Assembly (NCBI GenBank): GCA_032718475.1
Contig: JAUCBJ010009092.1
Span: 184,337-248,336, forward strand
Reading direction: 5' to 3'
Source: Nemertoderma westbladi
Taxonomy: Eukaryota > Animalia > Xenacoelomorpha
Length of the DNA: 64,000 nucleotides
Below the pieces are notes generated by a model. That model was not told where the DNA came from and did no database searches. It was given only the letters and a program-made list of their open reading frames with translations. Shown in pieces: positions 1 through 14,956 of the stretch. The position numbers and the translations under genes are program-made. Each line of letters starts with the position of its first letter. The stretch's first letter is position 1.

Positions 1-3000
1 TACTTCCCACTCCGTCTCCCACACCCTCCACAGATCCTCATGTACTTCCCACTCCGTCTCCCACACCCTCCACAGATCCTCCTGTACTTCCCACTCCGTT
101 TCCAACACCCTCCACAGATCTTCCTGTACTTCCCACTCCGTCTCCCACACACTCCACAGATCCTCCTGTACTTCCCACTCCGTCTCCCACACCCTCCACA
201 GATCCTCCTGTACTTCCCACTCCGTCTCCCACACCTCCACAGATCTTCCTGTACTTCCTACTCCGTCTCCCACACCCTCCACAGATCCTCCTGTACTTCC
301 CAATCCGTCTCCCACACCCTCCACAGACCTTCCTGTACTTCCCACTCCGTCTCCAACACCCTCCACAGATCCTCCTGTACTTCCCACTCCGTCTCCCACG
401 CCCTCCACAGACCCTCCTGTACTTCCCACTCCGTCTCCCACACCTCCACAGATCTTCCTGTACTTCCCACTCCGTCTCCCACACCCTCCACAGATCCTCC
501 TGTACTTCCCAATCCGTCTCCCACACCCTCCACAGATCCTCCTGTACTTCCCAATCCGTCTCCCACACCCTCCACAGATCCTCCTGTACTTCCCAATCCG
601 TCTCCCACACCTCCACAGATCCTCCTGTACTTCCCACTCCGTCTCCCACACCCTCAACAGATCCTGCTGTACTTCCCAATCCGTCTCCCACATCCTCCAC
701 AGATCCTCCTGTACTTCCCAATCCGTCTCCCACACCCTCCACAGATCCTCCTGTACTTCCCACTCCGTCTCCCACACCCTCCACAGATCCTCCTGTATTT
801 CCCAATGCGACTCCCACACCCTCCACAGATCCTCCTGTACTTCCCAATCCGTCTCCCACACCCTCCACAGACCTTCCTGTACTTCCCACTCCGTCTCCCA
901 CACCCACCACAGATCCTCCTGTACTTCCCACTCCGTCTCCCACACCCTCCACAGATCATCATGCACTTCCCACTCCGTCTCCCACACCCTCCACAGACCG
1001 TCCTGTACTTCCCACTCCGTCTCCCACACCCTCCACAGATCCTCCTGTACTTCCCACTCCGTCTCTCACACCCTCCACAGATCATCCTGTACTTCCCACT
1101 CCGTCTCCCACACCCTCCACAGACCCTCCTGTACTTCCCACTCCGTCTCCCACACCCTCCACAGATCATCCTGTACTTCCCACTCCGTCTCCCACACCCT
1201 CCACAGATCATCCTGTACTTCCCACTCCGTCTCCCACACCCTCCACAGACCCTCCTGTACTTCCCACTCCGTCTCCCACACCCTCCACAGACCCTCCTGT
1301 ACTTCCCACTCCGTCTCCCACATCCTCCACAGATCCTCCCGTACTTCCCACTCCGTCTCCCACACCCTCAACAGATCCTCCTGTACTTCCCAATCCGTCT
1401 CCCACACTCTCCACAGACCCTCCTGTACTTCCCACTCCGTCTCCCACACCCTCCACAGATCCTCCTGTACTTCCCACTCCGTCTCCCACACCCTCAACAG
1501 ATCATCCTGTACTTCCCACTCCGTCTCCCACACCCTCCACAGACCCTCCTGTACTTCCCACTCCGTCTCCCACACCCTCCACAGACCCTCCTGTACTTCC
1601 CACTCCGTCTCCCACACCCTCCACAGATCATCCTGTACTTCCCACTCCGTCTCCCACACCCTCCACAGACCCTCCTGTACTTCCCACTCCGTCTCCCACA
1701 CCCTCCACAGACCCTCCTGTACTTCCCACTCCGCCTCCCACACCCTCCACAGATCTTCCTGTACTTCCCACTCCGTCTCCCACACCCTCCACAGATCCTC
1801 CTGTACTTCCCACTCCGTCTCCCACACCTCCACAGATCTTCCTGTACTTCCTACTCCGTCTCCCACACCCTCCACAGATCCTCCTGTACTTCCCAATCCG
1901 TCTCCCACACCCTCCACAGACCTTCCTGTACTTCCCACTCCGTCTCCAACACCCTCCACAGATCCTCCTGTACTTCCCACTCCGTCTCCCACGCCCTCCA
2001 CAGACCCTCCTGTACTTCCCACTCCGTCTCCCACACCTCCACAGATCTTCCTGTACTTCCCACTCCGTCTCCCACACCCTCCACAGATCCTCCTGTACTT
2101 CCCAATCCGTCTCCCACACCCTCCACAGATCCTCCTGTACTTCCCAATCCGTCTCCCACACCCTCCACAGATCCTCCTGTACTTCCCAATCCGTCTCCCA
2201 CACCTCCACAGATCCTCCTGTACTTCCCACTCCGTCTCCCACACCCTCAACAGATCCTGCTGTACTTCCCAATCCGTCTCCCACATCCTCCACAGATCCT
2301 CCTGTACTTCCCAATCCGTCTCCCACACCCTCCACAGATCCTCCTGTACTTCCCACTCCGTCTCCCACACCCTCCACAGATCCTCCTGTATTTCCCAATG
2401 CGACTCCCACACCCTCCACAGATCCTCCTGTACTTCCCAATCCGTCTCCCACACCCTCCACAGACCTTCCTGTACTTCCCACTCCGTCTCCCACACCCAC
2501 CACAGATCCTCCTGTACTTCCCACTCCGTCTCCCACACCCTCCACAGATCATCATGCACTTCCCACTCCGTCTCCCACACCCTCCACAGACCGTCCTGTA
2601 CTTCCCACTCCGTCTCCCACACCCTCCACAGATCCTCCTGTACTTCCCACTCCGTCTCCCACACCCTCCACAGATCATCCTGTACTTCCCACTCCGTCTC
2701 CCACACCCTCCACAGATCATCATGCACTTCCCACTCCGTCTCCCACACCCTCCACAGACCGTCCTGTACTTCCCACTCCGTCTCCCACACCCTCCACAGA
2801 TCCTCCTGTACTTCCCACTCCGTCTCTCACACCCTCCACAGATCATCCTGTACTTCCCACTCCGTCTCCCACACCCTCCACAGACCCTCCTGTACTTCCC
2901 ACTCCGTCTCCCACACCCTCCACAGATCCTCCCGTACTTCCCACTCCGTCTCCCACACCCTCAACAGATCCTCCTGTACTTCCCAATCCGTCTCCCACAC

Positions 3001-6000
3001 TCTCCACAGATCCTCCTGTACTTCCCAATCCGTCTCTCACACCTCCACAGATCCTCCTGTACTTCCCACTCCGTCTCCCACACCCTCCACAGACCCTCCT
3101 GTACTTCCCACTCCGTCTCCCACACCCTCCACAGATCATCCTGCACTTCCCACTCCGTCTCCCACACCCTCCACAGACCCTCCTGTACTTCCCACTCCGT
3201 CTCCCACACCCTCCACAGATCCTCCTGTACTTCCCACTCCGTATCCCACACCCTCCACAGATCATCCTGTACTTCCCACTCCGTCTCCCACACCCTCCAC
3301 AGACCCTCCTGTACTTCCCACTCCGTCTCCCACACCCTCCACAGACCCTCCTGTACTTCCCACTCCGTCTCCCACACCCTCCACAGATCATCCTGTACTT
3401 CCCACTCCGCCTCCCACACCCTCCACAGACCCTCCTGTACTTCCCACTCCGTCTCCCACACCCTCCACAGATCATCCTGTACTTCCCACTCCGTCTCCCA
3501 CACCCCCCACAGACCCTCCTGTACTTCCCACTCCGTCTCCCACACCCTCCACAGACCCTCCTGTACTTCCCACTCCGTCCCCCACACCCTCCACAGATCC
3601 TCCTGTACTTCCCACTCCGTCTCCCACACCCTCCACAGATCCTCCTGTACTTCCCACTCCGTCTCCCACACCCTCCACAGATCCTCCTGTACTTCCCACT
3701 CCGTTTCCAACACCCTCCACAGATCTTCCTGTACTTCCCACTCCGTCTCCCACACACTCCACAGATCCTCCTGTACTTCCCACTCCGTCTCCCACACCCT
3801 CCACAGACCCTCCTGTACTTCCCACTCCGTCTCCCACACCCTCCACAGATCATCCTGCACTTCCCACTCCGTCTCCCACACCCTCCACAGACCCTCCTGT
3901 ACTTCCCACTCCGTCTCCCACACCCTCCACAGATCCTCCTGTACTTCCCACTCCGTCTCCCACACCCTCCACAGATCATCCTGTACTTCCCACTCCGTCT
4001 CCCACACCCTCCACAGACCCTCCTGTACTTCCCACTCCGTCTCCCACACCCTCCACAGACCCTCCTGTACTTCCCACTCCGTCTCCCACACCCTCCACAG
4101 ATCATCCTGTACTTCCCACTCCGTCTCCCACACCCTCCACAGATCCTCCTGTACTTCCCACTCCGTCTCCCACACCCTCCGCAGATCCTCCTGTACTTCC
4201 CAATGCGACTCCCACACCCTCCACAGATCCTCCTGTACTTCCCAATCCGTCTCCCACACCCTCCACAGACCCTCCTGTACTTCCCACTCCGTCTCCCACA
4301 CCCTCCACAGATCATCCTGTACTTCCCACTCCGCCTCCCACACCCTCCACAGACCCTCCTGTACTTCCCACTCCGTCTCCCACACCCTCCACAGACCCTC
4401 CTGTGCTTCCCACTCCGTCTCCCACACCCTCCACAGATCCTCCTGTACTTCCCACTCCGTCTCCCACACCCTCCACAGATCCTCCTGTACTTCCCACTCC
4501 GTCTCCCACACCCTCCACAGATCATCCTGTACTTCCAACTCCGTCTCCCACACCCTCCACAGAACATCCTGTACTTCCCACTCCGTCTCCCACACCCTCC
4601 ACAGACCTTCCTGTACTTCCCACTCCGTCTCCCACACCCTCCACAGATCCTCCTGTACTTCCCACTCCGTTTCCAACACCCTCCACAGATCTTCCTGTAC
4701 TTCCCACTCCGTCTCCCACACCCTCCACAGATCCTCCTGTACTTCCCACTCCGTCTCCCACACCCTCCACAGATCATCCTGTACTTCCCACTCCGTCTCC
4801 CACACCCTCCACAGACCCTCCTGTACTTCCCACTCCGTCTCCCACACCCTCCACAGATCATCCTGCACTTCCCACTCCGTCTCCCACACCCTCCACAGAC
4901 CCTCCTGTACTTCCCACTCCGTCTCCCACACCCTCCACAGATCCTCCTGTACTTCCCACTCCGTCTCCCACACCCTCCACAGATCATCCTGTACTTCCCA
5001 CTCCGTCTCCCACACCCTCCACAGACCCTCCTGTACTTCCCACTCCGTCTCCCACACCCTCCACAGACCCTCCTGTACTTCCCACTCCGTCTCCCACACC
5101 CTCCACAGATCATCCTGTACTTCCCACTCCGTCTCCCACACCCTCCACAGATCCTCCTGTACTTCCCACTCCGTCTCCCACACCCTCCGCAGATCCTCCT
5201 GTACTTCCCAATGCGACTCCCACACCCTCCACAGATCCTCCTGTACTTCCCAATCCGTCTCCCACACCCTCCACAGACCTTCCTGTACTTCACACTCCGT
5301 CTCCCACACCCTCCACAGATCCTCCTGTACTTCCCACTCCGTCTCCCACACCCTCCACAGATCATCCTGCACTTCCCACTCCGTCTCCCACACCCTCCAC
5401 AGACCGTCCTGTACTTCCCACTCCGTCTCCCACACCTTCCACAGATCCTCCTGTACTTCCCAATCCGACTCCCACACCCTCCACAGATCCTCATGTACTT
5501 CCCACTCCTTCTCCCACATCCTCCACAGATCCTCCCGTACTTCCCACTCCGTCTCCCACACCCTCAACAGATCCTCCTGTACTTCCCAATCCGTCTCCCA
5601 CACTCTCCACAGACCCTCCTGTACTTCCCACTCCGTCTCCCACACCCTCCACAGATCCTCCTGTACTTCCCACTCCGTCTCCCACACCCTCAACAGATCA
5701 TCCTGTACGTCCCACTCCGTCTCCCACACCCTCCACAGACCCTCCTGTACTTCCCACTCCGTCTCCCACACCCTCCACAGACCCTCCTGTACTTCCCACT
5801 CCGTCTCCCACACCCTCCACAGATCATCCTGTACTTCCCACTCCGTCTCCCACACCCTCCACAGACCCTCCTGTACTTCCCACTCCGTCTCCCACACCCT
5901 CCACAGACCCTCCTGTACTTCCCACTCCGCCTCCCACACCCTCCACAGATCTTCCTGTACTTCCCACTCCGTCTCCCACACCCTCCACAGATCCTCCTGT

Positions 6001-9000
6001 ACTTCCCACTCCGTCTCCCACACCTCCACAGATCTTCCTGTACTTCCTACTCCGTCTCCCACACCCTCCACAGATCATCCTGTACTTCCCAATCCGTCTC
6101 CCACACCCTCCACATACCTTCCTGTACTTCCCACTCCGTCTCCCACACCCTCCACAGATCCTCCTGTACTTCCCACTCCGTCTCCCACGCCCTCCACAGA
6201 CCCTCCTGTACTTCCCACTCCGTCTCCCACACCTCCACAGATCTTCCTGTACTTCCCACTCCGTCTCCCACACCCTCCACAGATCCTCCTGTACTTCCCA
6301 ATCCGTCTCCCACACCCTCCACAGATCCTCCTGTACTTCCCAATCCGTCTCCCACACCCTCCACAGATCCTCCTGTACTTCCCAATCCGTCTCCCACACC
6401 TCCACAGATCCTCCTGTACTTCCCAATGCGACTCCCACACCCTCCACAGATCCTCCTGTACTTCCCAATCCGTCTCCCACACCCTCCACAGACCCTCCTG
6501 TACTTCCCACTCCGTCTCCCACACCCTCCACAGATCATCCTGTACTTCCCACTCCGCCTCCCACACCCTCCACAGACCCTCCTGTACTTCCCACTCCGTC
6601 TCCCACACCCTCCACAGACCCTCCTGTGCTTCCCACTCCGTCTCCCACACCCTCCACAGATCCTCCTGTACTTCCCACTCCGTCTCCCACACCCTCCACA
6701 GATCCTCCTGTACTTCCCACTCCGTCTCCCACACCCTCCACAGATCATCCTGTACTTCCAACTCCGTCTCCCACACCCTCCACAGAACATCCTGTACTTC
6801 CCACTCCGTCTCCCACACCCTCCACAGACCTTCCTGTACTTCCCACTCCGTCTCCCACACCCTCCACAGATCCTCCTGTACTTCCCACTCCGTTTCCAAC
6901 ACCCTCCACAGATCTTCCTGTACTTCCCACTCCGTCTCCCACACCCTCCACAGATCCTCCTGTACTTCCCACTCCGTCTCCCACACCCTCCACAGATCAT
7001 CCTGTACTTCCCACTCCGTCTCCCACACCCTCCACAGACCCTCCTGTACTTCCCACTCCGTCTCCCACACCCTCCACAGATCATCCTGCACTTCCCACTC
7101 CGTCTCCCACACCCTCCACAGACCCTCCTGTACTTCCCACTCCGTCTCCCACACCCTCCACAGATCCTCCTGTACTTCCCACTCCGTCTCCCACACCCTC
7201 CACAGATCATCCTGTACTTCCCACTCCGTCTCCCACACCCTCCACAGACCCTCCTGTACTTCCCACTCCGTCTCCCACACCCTCCACAGACCCTCCTGTA
7301 CTTCCCACTCCGTCTCCCACACCCTCCACAGATCCTCCTGTACTTCCCACTCCGTCTCCCACACCCTCCACAGATCCTCCTGTACTTCCCACTCCGTCTC
7401 CCACACCCTCCACAGATCCTCCTGTACTTCCCAATGCGACTCCCACACCCTCCACAGATCCTCCTGTACTTCCCAATCCGTCTCCCACACCCTCCACAGA
7501 CCTTCCTGTACTTCACACTCCGTCTCCCACACCCTCCACAGATCCTCCTGTACTTCCCACTCCGTCTCCCACACCCTCCACAGATCATCCTGCACTTCCC
7601 ACTCCGTCTCCCACACCCTCCACAGACCGTCCTGTACTTCCCACTCCGTCTCCCACACCTTCCACAGATCCTCCTGTACTTCCCAATCCGACTCCCACAC
7701 CCTCCACAGATCCTCATGTACTTCCCACTCCTTCTCCCACATCCTCCACAGATCCTCCCGTACTTCCCACTCCGTCTCCCACACCCTCAACAGATCCTCC
7801 TGTACTTCCCAATCCGTCTCCCACACTCTCCACAGACCCTCCTGTACTTCCCACTCCGTCTCCCACACCCTCCACAGATCCTCCTGTACTTCCCACTCCG
7901 TCTCCCACACCCTCAACAGATCATCCTGTACGTCCCACTCCGTCTCCCACACCCTCCACAGACCCTCCTGTACTTCCCACTCCGTCTCCCACACCCTCCA
8001 CAGACCCTCCTGTACTTCCCACTCCGTCTCCCACACCCTCCACAGATCATCCTGTACTTCCCACTCCGTCTCCCACACCCTCCACAGACCCTCCTGTACT
8101 TCCCACTCCGTCTCCCACACCCTCCACAGACCCTCCTGTACTTCCCACTCCGCCTCCCACACCCTCCACAGATCTTCCTGTACTTCCCACTCCGTCTCCC
8201 ACACCCTCCACAGATCCTCCTGTACTTCCCACTCCGTCTCCCACACCTCCACAGATCTTCCTGTACTTCCTACTCCGTCTCCCACACCCTCCACAGATCA
8301 TCCTGTACTTCCCAATCCGTCTCCCACACCCTCCACATACCTTCCTGTACTTCCCACTCCGTCTCCCACACCCTCCACAGATCCTCCTGTACTTCCCACT
8401 CCGTCTCCCACGCCCTCCACAGACCCTCCTGTACTTCCCACTCCGTCTCCCACACCTCCACAGATCTTCCTGTACTTCCCACTCCGTCTCCCACACCCTC
8501 CACAGATCCTCCTGTACTTCCCAATCCGTCTCCCACACCCTCCACAGATCCTCCTGTACTTCCCAATCCGTCTCCCACACCCTCCACAGATCCTCCTGTA
8601 CTTCCCAATCCGTCTCCCACACCTCCACAGATCCTCCTGTACTTCCCACTCCGTCTCCCACACCCTCAACAGATCCTGCTGTACTTCCCAATCCGTCTCC
8701 CACACCCTCCACAGATCCTCCTGTACTTCCCAATCCGTCTCCCACACCCTCCACAGATCCTCCTGTACTTCCCACTCCGTCTCCCACACCCTCCACAGAT
8801 CCTCCTGTATTTCCCAATGCGACTCCCACACCCTCCACAGATCCTCCTGTACTTCCCAATCCGTCTCCCACACCCTCCACAGACCTTCCTGTACTTCCGA
8901 CTCCGTCTCCCACACCCTCCACAGATCCTCCTGTACTTCCCACTCCGTCTCCCACACCCTCCACAGATCCTCCTATACTTCCCACTCCGTCTCCCACACC

Positions 9001-12000
9001 CTCCACAGATCATCCTGTACTTCCCACTCCGTCTCCCACACCCTCCACAGATCATCCTGTACTTCCCACTCCGTCTCCCACACCCTCCACAGACCTTCCT
9101 GTACTTCCCACTCCGTCTCCCACACCCTCCACAGATCCTCCCGTACTTCCTACTCCGTCTCCCACACCCTCCACAGACCTTCCTGTACTTCCCACTCCGT
9201 CTCCCACACCCTCCACAGACCCTCCTGTACTTCCCACTCCGTCTCCCACACCCTCCACAGATCATCCTGTACTTCCCACTCCGTCTCCCACACCCTCCAC
9301 AGACCCTCCTGTACTTCCCACTCCGTCTCCCACACCCTCCACAGACCCTCCTGTGCTTCCCACTCCGTCTCCCACACCCTCCACAGATCCTCCTGTACTT
9401 CCCACTCCGTCTCCCACACCCTCCACAGATCCTCCTGTACTTCCCACTCCGTCTCCCACACCCTCCACAGATCATCCTGTACTTCCAACTCCGTCTCCCA
9501 CACCCTCCACAGAACATCCTGTACTTCCCACTCCGTCTCCCACACCCTCCACAGACCTTCCTGTACTTCCCACTCTGTCTCCCACACCCTCCACAGATCC
9601 TCCTGTACTTCCCACTCCGTTTCCAACACCCTCCACAGATCTTCCTGTACTTCCCACTCCGTCTCCCACACCCTCCACAGATCCTCCTGTACTTCCCACT
9701 CTGTCTCCCACACCCTCCACAGATCATCCTGTACTTCCCACTCCGTCTCCCACACCCTCCACAGACCCTCCTGTACTTCCCACTCCGTCTCCCACACCCT
9801 CCACAGATCCTCCTGTACTTCCCACTCCGTCTCCCACACCCTCCACAGATCCTCCTGTACTTCCCACTCCGTCTCCCACACCCTCCACAGATCATCCTGT
9901 ACTTCCCACTCCGTCTCCCACACCCTCCACAGATCATCCTGTACTTCCCACTCCGTCTCCCACACCCTCCACAGACCTTCCTGTACTTCCCACTCCGTCT
10001 CCCACACCCTCCACAGATCCTCCCGTACTTCCTACTCCGTCTCCCACACCCTCCACAGACCTTCCTGTACTTCCCACTCCGTCTCCCACACCCTCCACAG
10101 ATCCTCCTGTACTTACCAATCCGTCTCCCACACCCTCCACAGACCTTCCTGTACTTCCCACTCCGTCTCCCACACCTTCCACAGATCCTCCTGTACTTCC
10201 CAATCCGTCTCCCACACCCTCCACAGATCCTCCTGTACTTCCCACTCCTTCTCCCACACCCTCCACAGATCATCCTGTACTTCCCAATCCGTCTCCCACA
10301 CCCTCTTGTACTTCCCAATCCGTCTCCCACACCCTCCACAGATCATCCTGTACTTCCCAATCCGTCTCCCACACCCTCCTGTACTTCCCACTCCGTCTCC
10401 CACACCCTCCACAGATCCTCCTGTACTTCCCACTCCGTCTCCCACACCCTCCACAGATCCTCCTGTACTTCCCACTCCGTCTCCCACACCCTCCACAGAT
10501 CCTCCTGTACTTCCCACTCCGTCTCCCACACCTCCAGATCCTCCTATACTTCCCACTCCGTCTCCCACACCCTCCACAGATCCTCCTGTACTTCCCAATC
10601 CGTCTCCCACACCCTCCACAGATCCTCCTGTACTTCCCACTCCGTCTCCCACACCCTCCACAGATCCTCCTGTACCTCCCACTACGTCTCCCACACCCTC
10701 CACAGATCCTCCTGTACTTCCCAATCCGTCTCCCACACCCTCCACAGACCTTCCTGTACTTCCGACTCCGTCTCCCACACCCTCCACAGATCCTCCTGTA
10801 CTTCCCACTCCGTCTCCCACACCCTCCACAGATCCTCCTATACTTCCCACTCCGTCTCCCACACCCTCCACAGATCATCCTGTACTTCCCACTCCGTCTC
10901 CCACACCCTCCACAGATCCTCCTGTACTTCCCACTCCGTCTCTCACACCCTCCACAGATCCTCCTGTACTTCCCAATGCGTCTCTCAAACCCTCCACAGA
11001 CCCTCCTGTACTTCCCACTCCGTCTCCCACACCCTCCACAGATCCTCCTGTACTTCCCACTCCGTCTCCCACACCCTCCACAGATCCTCCTGTACTTCCC
11101 AATGCGTCTCCCACACCCTCCACAGATCCTCCTGTACTTCCCAATCCGTCTCCCACACCCTCCACAGACCTTCTTGTACTTCCCACTCCGTCTCCCACAC
11201 CCTCCACAGATCCTCCTGTACTTCCCACTCCGTCTCCCACACCCTCCACAGATCCTCCTGTACTTCCCACTCCGTCTCCCACACCTCCAGATCCTCCTAT
11301 ACTTCCCACTCCGTCTCCCACACCCTCCACAGATCCTCCTGTACTTCCCAATCCGTCTCCCACACCCTCCACAGATCCTCCTGTACTTCCCACTCCGTCT
11401 CCCACACCCTCCACAGATCCTCCTGTACCTCCCACTACGTCTCCCACACCCTCCACAGACCCTCCTGTACTTCCCACTCCGTCTCCCACACCCTCCACAG
11501 ATCCTCCTGTACTTCCCACTCCGTCTCCCATACCCTCCACAGATCCTCCTGTACTTCCCAATCCGTCTCCCACACCCTCCACAGATCCTCCTGTACTTCC
11601 CACTCCGTCTCCCACACCCTCCACAGATCCTCCTGTACCTCCCACTACGTCTCCCACACCCTCCACAGATCCTCCTGTACTTCCCACTCCGTCTCCCACA
11701 CCCTCAACAGATCATCCTGTACTTCCCAATCCGTCTCCCACACCCTCCACAGATCATCCTGTACTTCCCAATCCGTCTCCCACACCCTCTTGTACTTCCC
11801 AATCCGTCTCCCACACCCTCCACAGATCATCCTGTACTTCCCAATCCGTCTCCCACACCCTCCTGTACTTCCCACTCCGTCTCCCACACCCTGCACAGAT
11901 CCTCCTGTACTTCCCACTCCGTCTCCCATACCCTCCACAGATCATCCTGTACTTCCCACTCCGTCTCCCATACCCTCCACAGATCCTCCTGTACTCCCCA

Positions 12001-12010
12001 TTCCGTCTCC
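1..12010. repeat. 42-bp tandem repeat array (TACTTCCCACTCCGTCTCCCACACCCTCCACAGATCCTCCTG)n, ~285 units visible, runs off the left edge
   Basis: Unit read directly. There are occasional 41-bp and shorter units. Higher-order block duplications at offsets of 1593 and 2223 bp show up as identical ORF-track entries (258/1851; 4312/6535, 4522/6745, 5491/7714). Confidence 0.98.
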
Positions 12011-12747
12011 ACTCGCTTCTCCTGTCGCACCTCTCTCTACCTACAGCTCTCGCAACCCTAACTACTCCTCTCGCTTATCCAACTGCCTCCCTTGCAGTAC
12101 CTCCAACTGCCACGCCATGCTCGACGCAAAATAGAATATACTGTAATGTTTTACACTTTCCAGTTCACCCCCCCCCCCCCCAGTTATTACTGTATGTCTA
12201 AATGGCATTAGGTCCTGTATCAGAAGTACTGCATCGTTAGGTCACTTCGTCGCCGCACTAAATCGAAATATTTTGTAGTTCTATTGGAGAAACATAATGG
12301 CTGCTGTAAAATGATACATCACCCAATGGCTACCTGTGACGAAGCCAAAAACTATATTGAGGGGGGGGGGGGGGGGGGTTTCTACTCTACCGACATTAAA
12401 ACAACGCAGGACATTATTATGACCATCGCTAATTATGTCTATATTTTGTCAGGTAATGCGTCATAGGTCCTATGGTCGTCCTCGTTACATGTAGGTCCAG
12501 TGACATAATGTCCTTCCACAATAGATCCTTAGTTACAGCTGATTACTTGTAATGTATAACATTAATCTGTAACATGTGTTATCGAGTTTCGTTTATTGTT
12601 TTGGTTAGAATAATACCGGTCCATCACTAAAATCATCAAACAATAAAAATGTCTAATGCTTATTCTTCTGGTAGACGTACCTTAGATACATTGGACAACA
12701 ATAAATAATGTATTAGCTTCTGCAGAATTTTATGCTCTTTCAAATGG

Positions 12748-14059
12748 TATATGGGTCAATGCCAACCATATTGACCAAATCACGTACGGGACAAAATATA
12801 TACAAAAATGTAAATCATTCCAGAATGATTGGTCGGATCGCTTTGATAATTTGATCGCCCACATACACTGTAATCGGTCCCCGCCTACTGTGATACACTC
12901 CAACCACAGTTTGTATTATATGTGTATATATTATATGAGATATATTGATAAATTGTCAAACATCGGTCATTAACCACATCCATTTTCAGATAGTTTTGCC
13001 ATGTATGGGTTGTATCAGTGAGACTGCTACGTAAACATTTATTTGACCTGATTGAAAAAACTGCCATGTCCAATAACGTGACAGGTTGTCCCATACTTGA
13101 CATTGTGTTGGGCGCAGAAGTTAATCATGGTTTAAACAAAACTAATTACTTACATTTAATTAATGGTTGGGGGTGGGGGCTTACAGTCACAGATAAACTG
13201 CAAACCTGCTCCTTCCTATTAATTGACAACAGACCAAATTAATTTATTACCAAATTAACTATTTGAGGAAAGGGTTTTGAGATTGGGACATTAGTTGAGA
13301 GTGGGGTGGAAGTTGGGAGTGGGACAGGAGTTGGCAGTGGGAAGGCCGATAAACTGGATTTAAATTCCAGTACGGAGGAGTTGTTTGAAGAATTTTATGA
13401 TTTGTTTTTAATTGGAAAATAAATGTCAAAATTTATAATAATTGTTTCCATGTAAATTCCTTCCTATACCATATCAATATGTCCCATACATGACATCAAA
13501 AATTGTCTATTTACATTTTCAAATTGAGTTTTTAATTTTGTTAATTTTGTTGTTAGTTAAGTTTTGTGTATCATATTGTTATTAACAGGAAAAAAAAACA
13601 ATTAGCCCCACTTTTCAAGGCAAAGGTTCCCAGAAAGTGAAACTTTGTGTTGTCACTCTATGAAAAATTTTATTTTTAGTGACAGAATTTTTAAATTTTT
13701 TCTCACCAGAAAACTTACCACTTCGATCTGATATCTCTTGCCGGACACCTCAATACCGCCATTAAACGACAGTTACATCAGGTAGATGGACATAAAGTAC
13801 GATAAAAATATTTATAAATTTCCCATACGTGACAAAAAGTTTTTCTCAATTTTTGCAATCCGGAACGTTTCTTTCAATAACGGCCAAGAAATTATTGGGG
13901 ACTTTTTGGTTTCATATGCAGCAATTATCGCTCTTTCTTTACTATCACTATGGCAAATTCTCAAAGTTAATTTCAAAAAATACACAATTACATATAAAAT
14001 ACAAATTTCAAAAATCACGTACGGGACATTGGTAAATATGGTTGGCATTGACCCATATA
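12748..14059. mobile_element. Probable decayed non-autonomous DNA transposon bounded by a 31-bp inverted repeat
   Basis: TATATGGGTCAATGCCAACCATATTGACCAA (12748-12778) matches the reverse complement of 14029-14059 at 30/31 positions. A TCCCRTACNTGA-like motif recurs at ~12780, 13089, 13483, 13821 and 14015. No TSD or transposase was identified. Confidence 0.4.
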
Positions 14060-14257
14060 GATACCAACATATTATTTTATTTCGAATTTCAACACCATAA
14101 GCTCCGGATTGGCTCCGGGTTAATTTGCTCGGAGCTTTGTCGCATCCCTAGACCCCCCCCCCCCCCCCCCCCCCATACAGTATGGATCTTTTTTTGTGAA
14201 TGGCTATAAATGGCTTGTAGGTAGTTTTTTATTGTATGTTTATGTATATTTTATTTT

Positions 14258-14277
14258 GCGTCGCCCTCTAGCGGCCA
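14258..14277 (-). promoter_or_regulatory. CTCF-like motif
   Basis: Minus strand reads TGGCCGCTAGAGGGCGACGC, which resembles the CTCF core consensus. Motif match only. Confidence 0.25.
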
Positions 14278-14956
14278 CCAGCGAAATTGTAATAAATTTC
14301 AATAAAAACACTACTAGTGTCACAATTTAGGGCGAAAATTTTCGAAACATTTCTAATTTCTTCACTTCAATTGAAGATTTTTCTGAATCAGTATCCTCGG
14401 CTCCACAAAAATTATCGGTTTCATTTTTTATTTAAGTCATAAATTTTTTAATTTGTTTTTAAATAAATAATACTAATTATTATTTAATATATATAAAGTA
14501 ATTTCAGGAAATTACTTTGGCCCAATTCAAAATTCTAACCGATAACTTTTGATCCAATCCCGAAAACAAATCAAACAAAAAAATTTTGAAAATTGGTTAA
14601 GAAATTAATTAAAGCTAATTCAAATGTGAAAAGTACAATTCCGAGATAAACGCATTTAAAGTTTAAGAACAATATATATCAAATGTTCCCGTTATATTCA
14701 TGTAGGCCTACTGGTATTTCTTTTCTTTTCCAATTGGTTATCCCAAACCCATTTTGTAATTTCTCCATGGATTTCATGAAAATTGGTTCAAATAACCCAA
14801 CCCACTTAAAACTTGTTTTCGCGTTTAGATTTGATCGCATATCATTTAGTCATGTTTTAATAAATAGTCATGGAATAATGAGACAACCTTCAACAAACTT
14901 TCAAATATATAAAAAAATTCCACAATGTTTCTAATATGCCTTACATTCGGCATTAA

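Noticed and set aside
1-12010. Telomeric repeat at the window edge (C-rich strand at the left end)
   Set aside because: The unit is 42 bp with heterogeneous variants and kb-scale duplications, unlike telomerase products. A subtelomeric location cannot be judged from this window.
40-12201. Giant ORFs of 4053, 2643 and 2552 aa and many minus-strand ORFs
   Set aside because: These are by-products of a stop-free 42-bp unit. Each ORF switches among three unrelated peptide repeats at 41-bp units, and there is no domain content.
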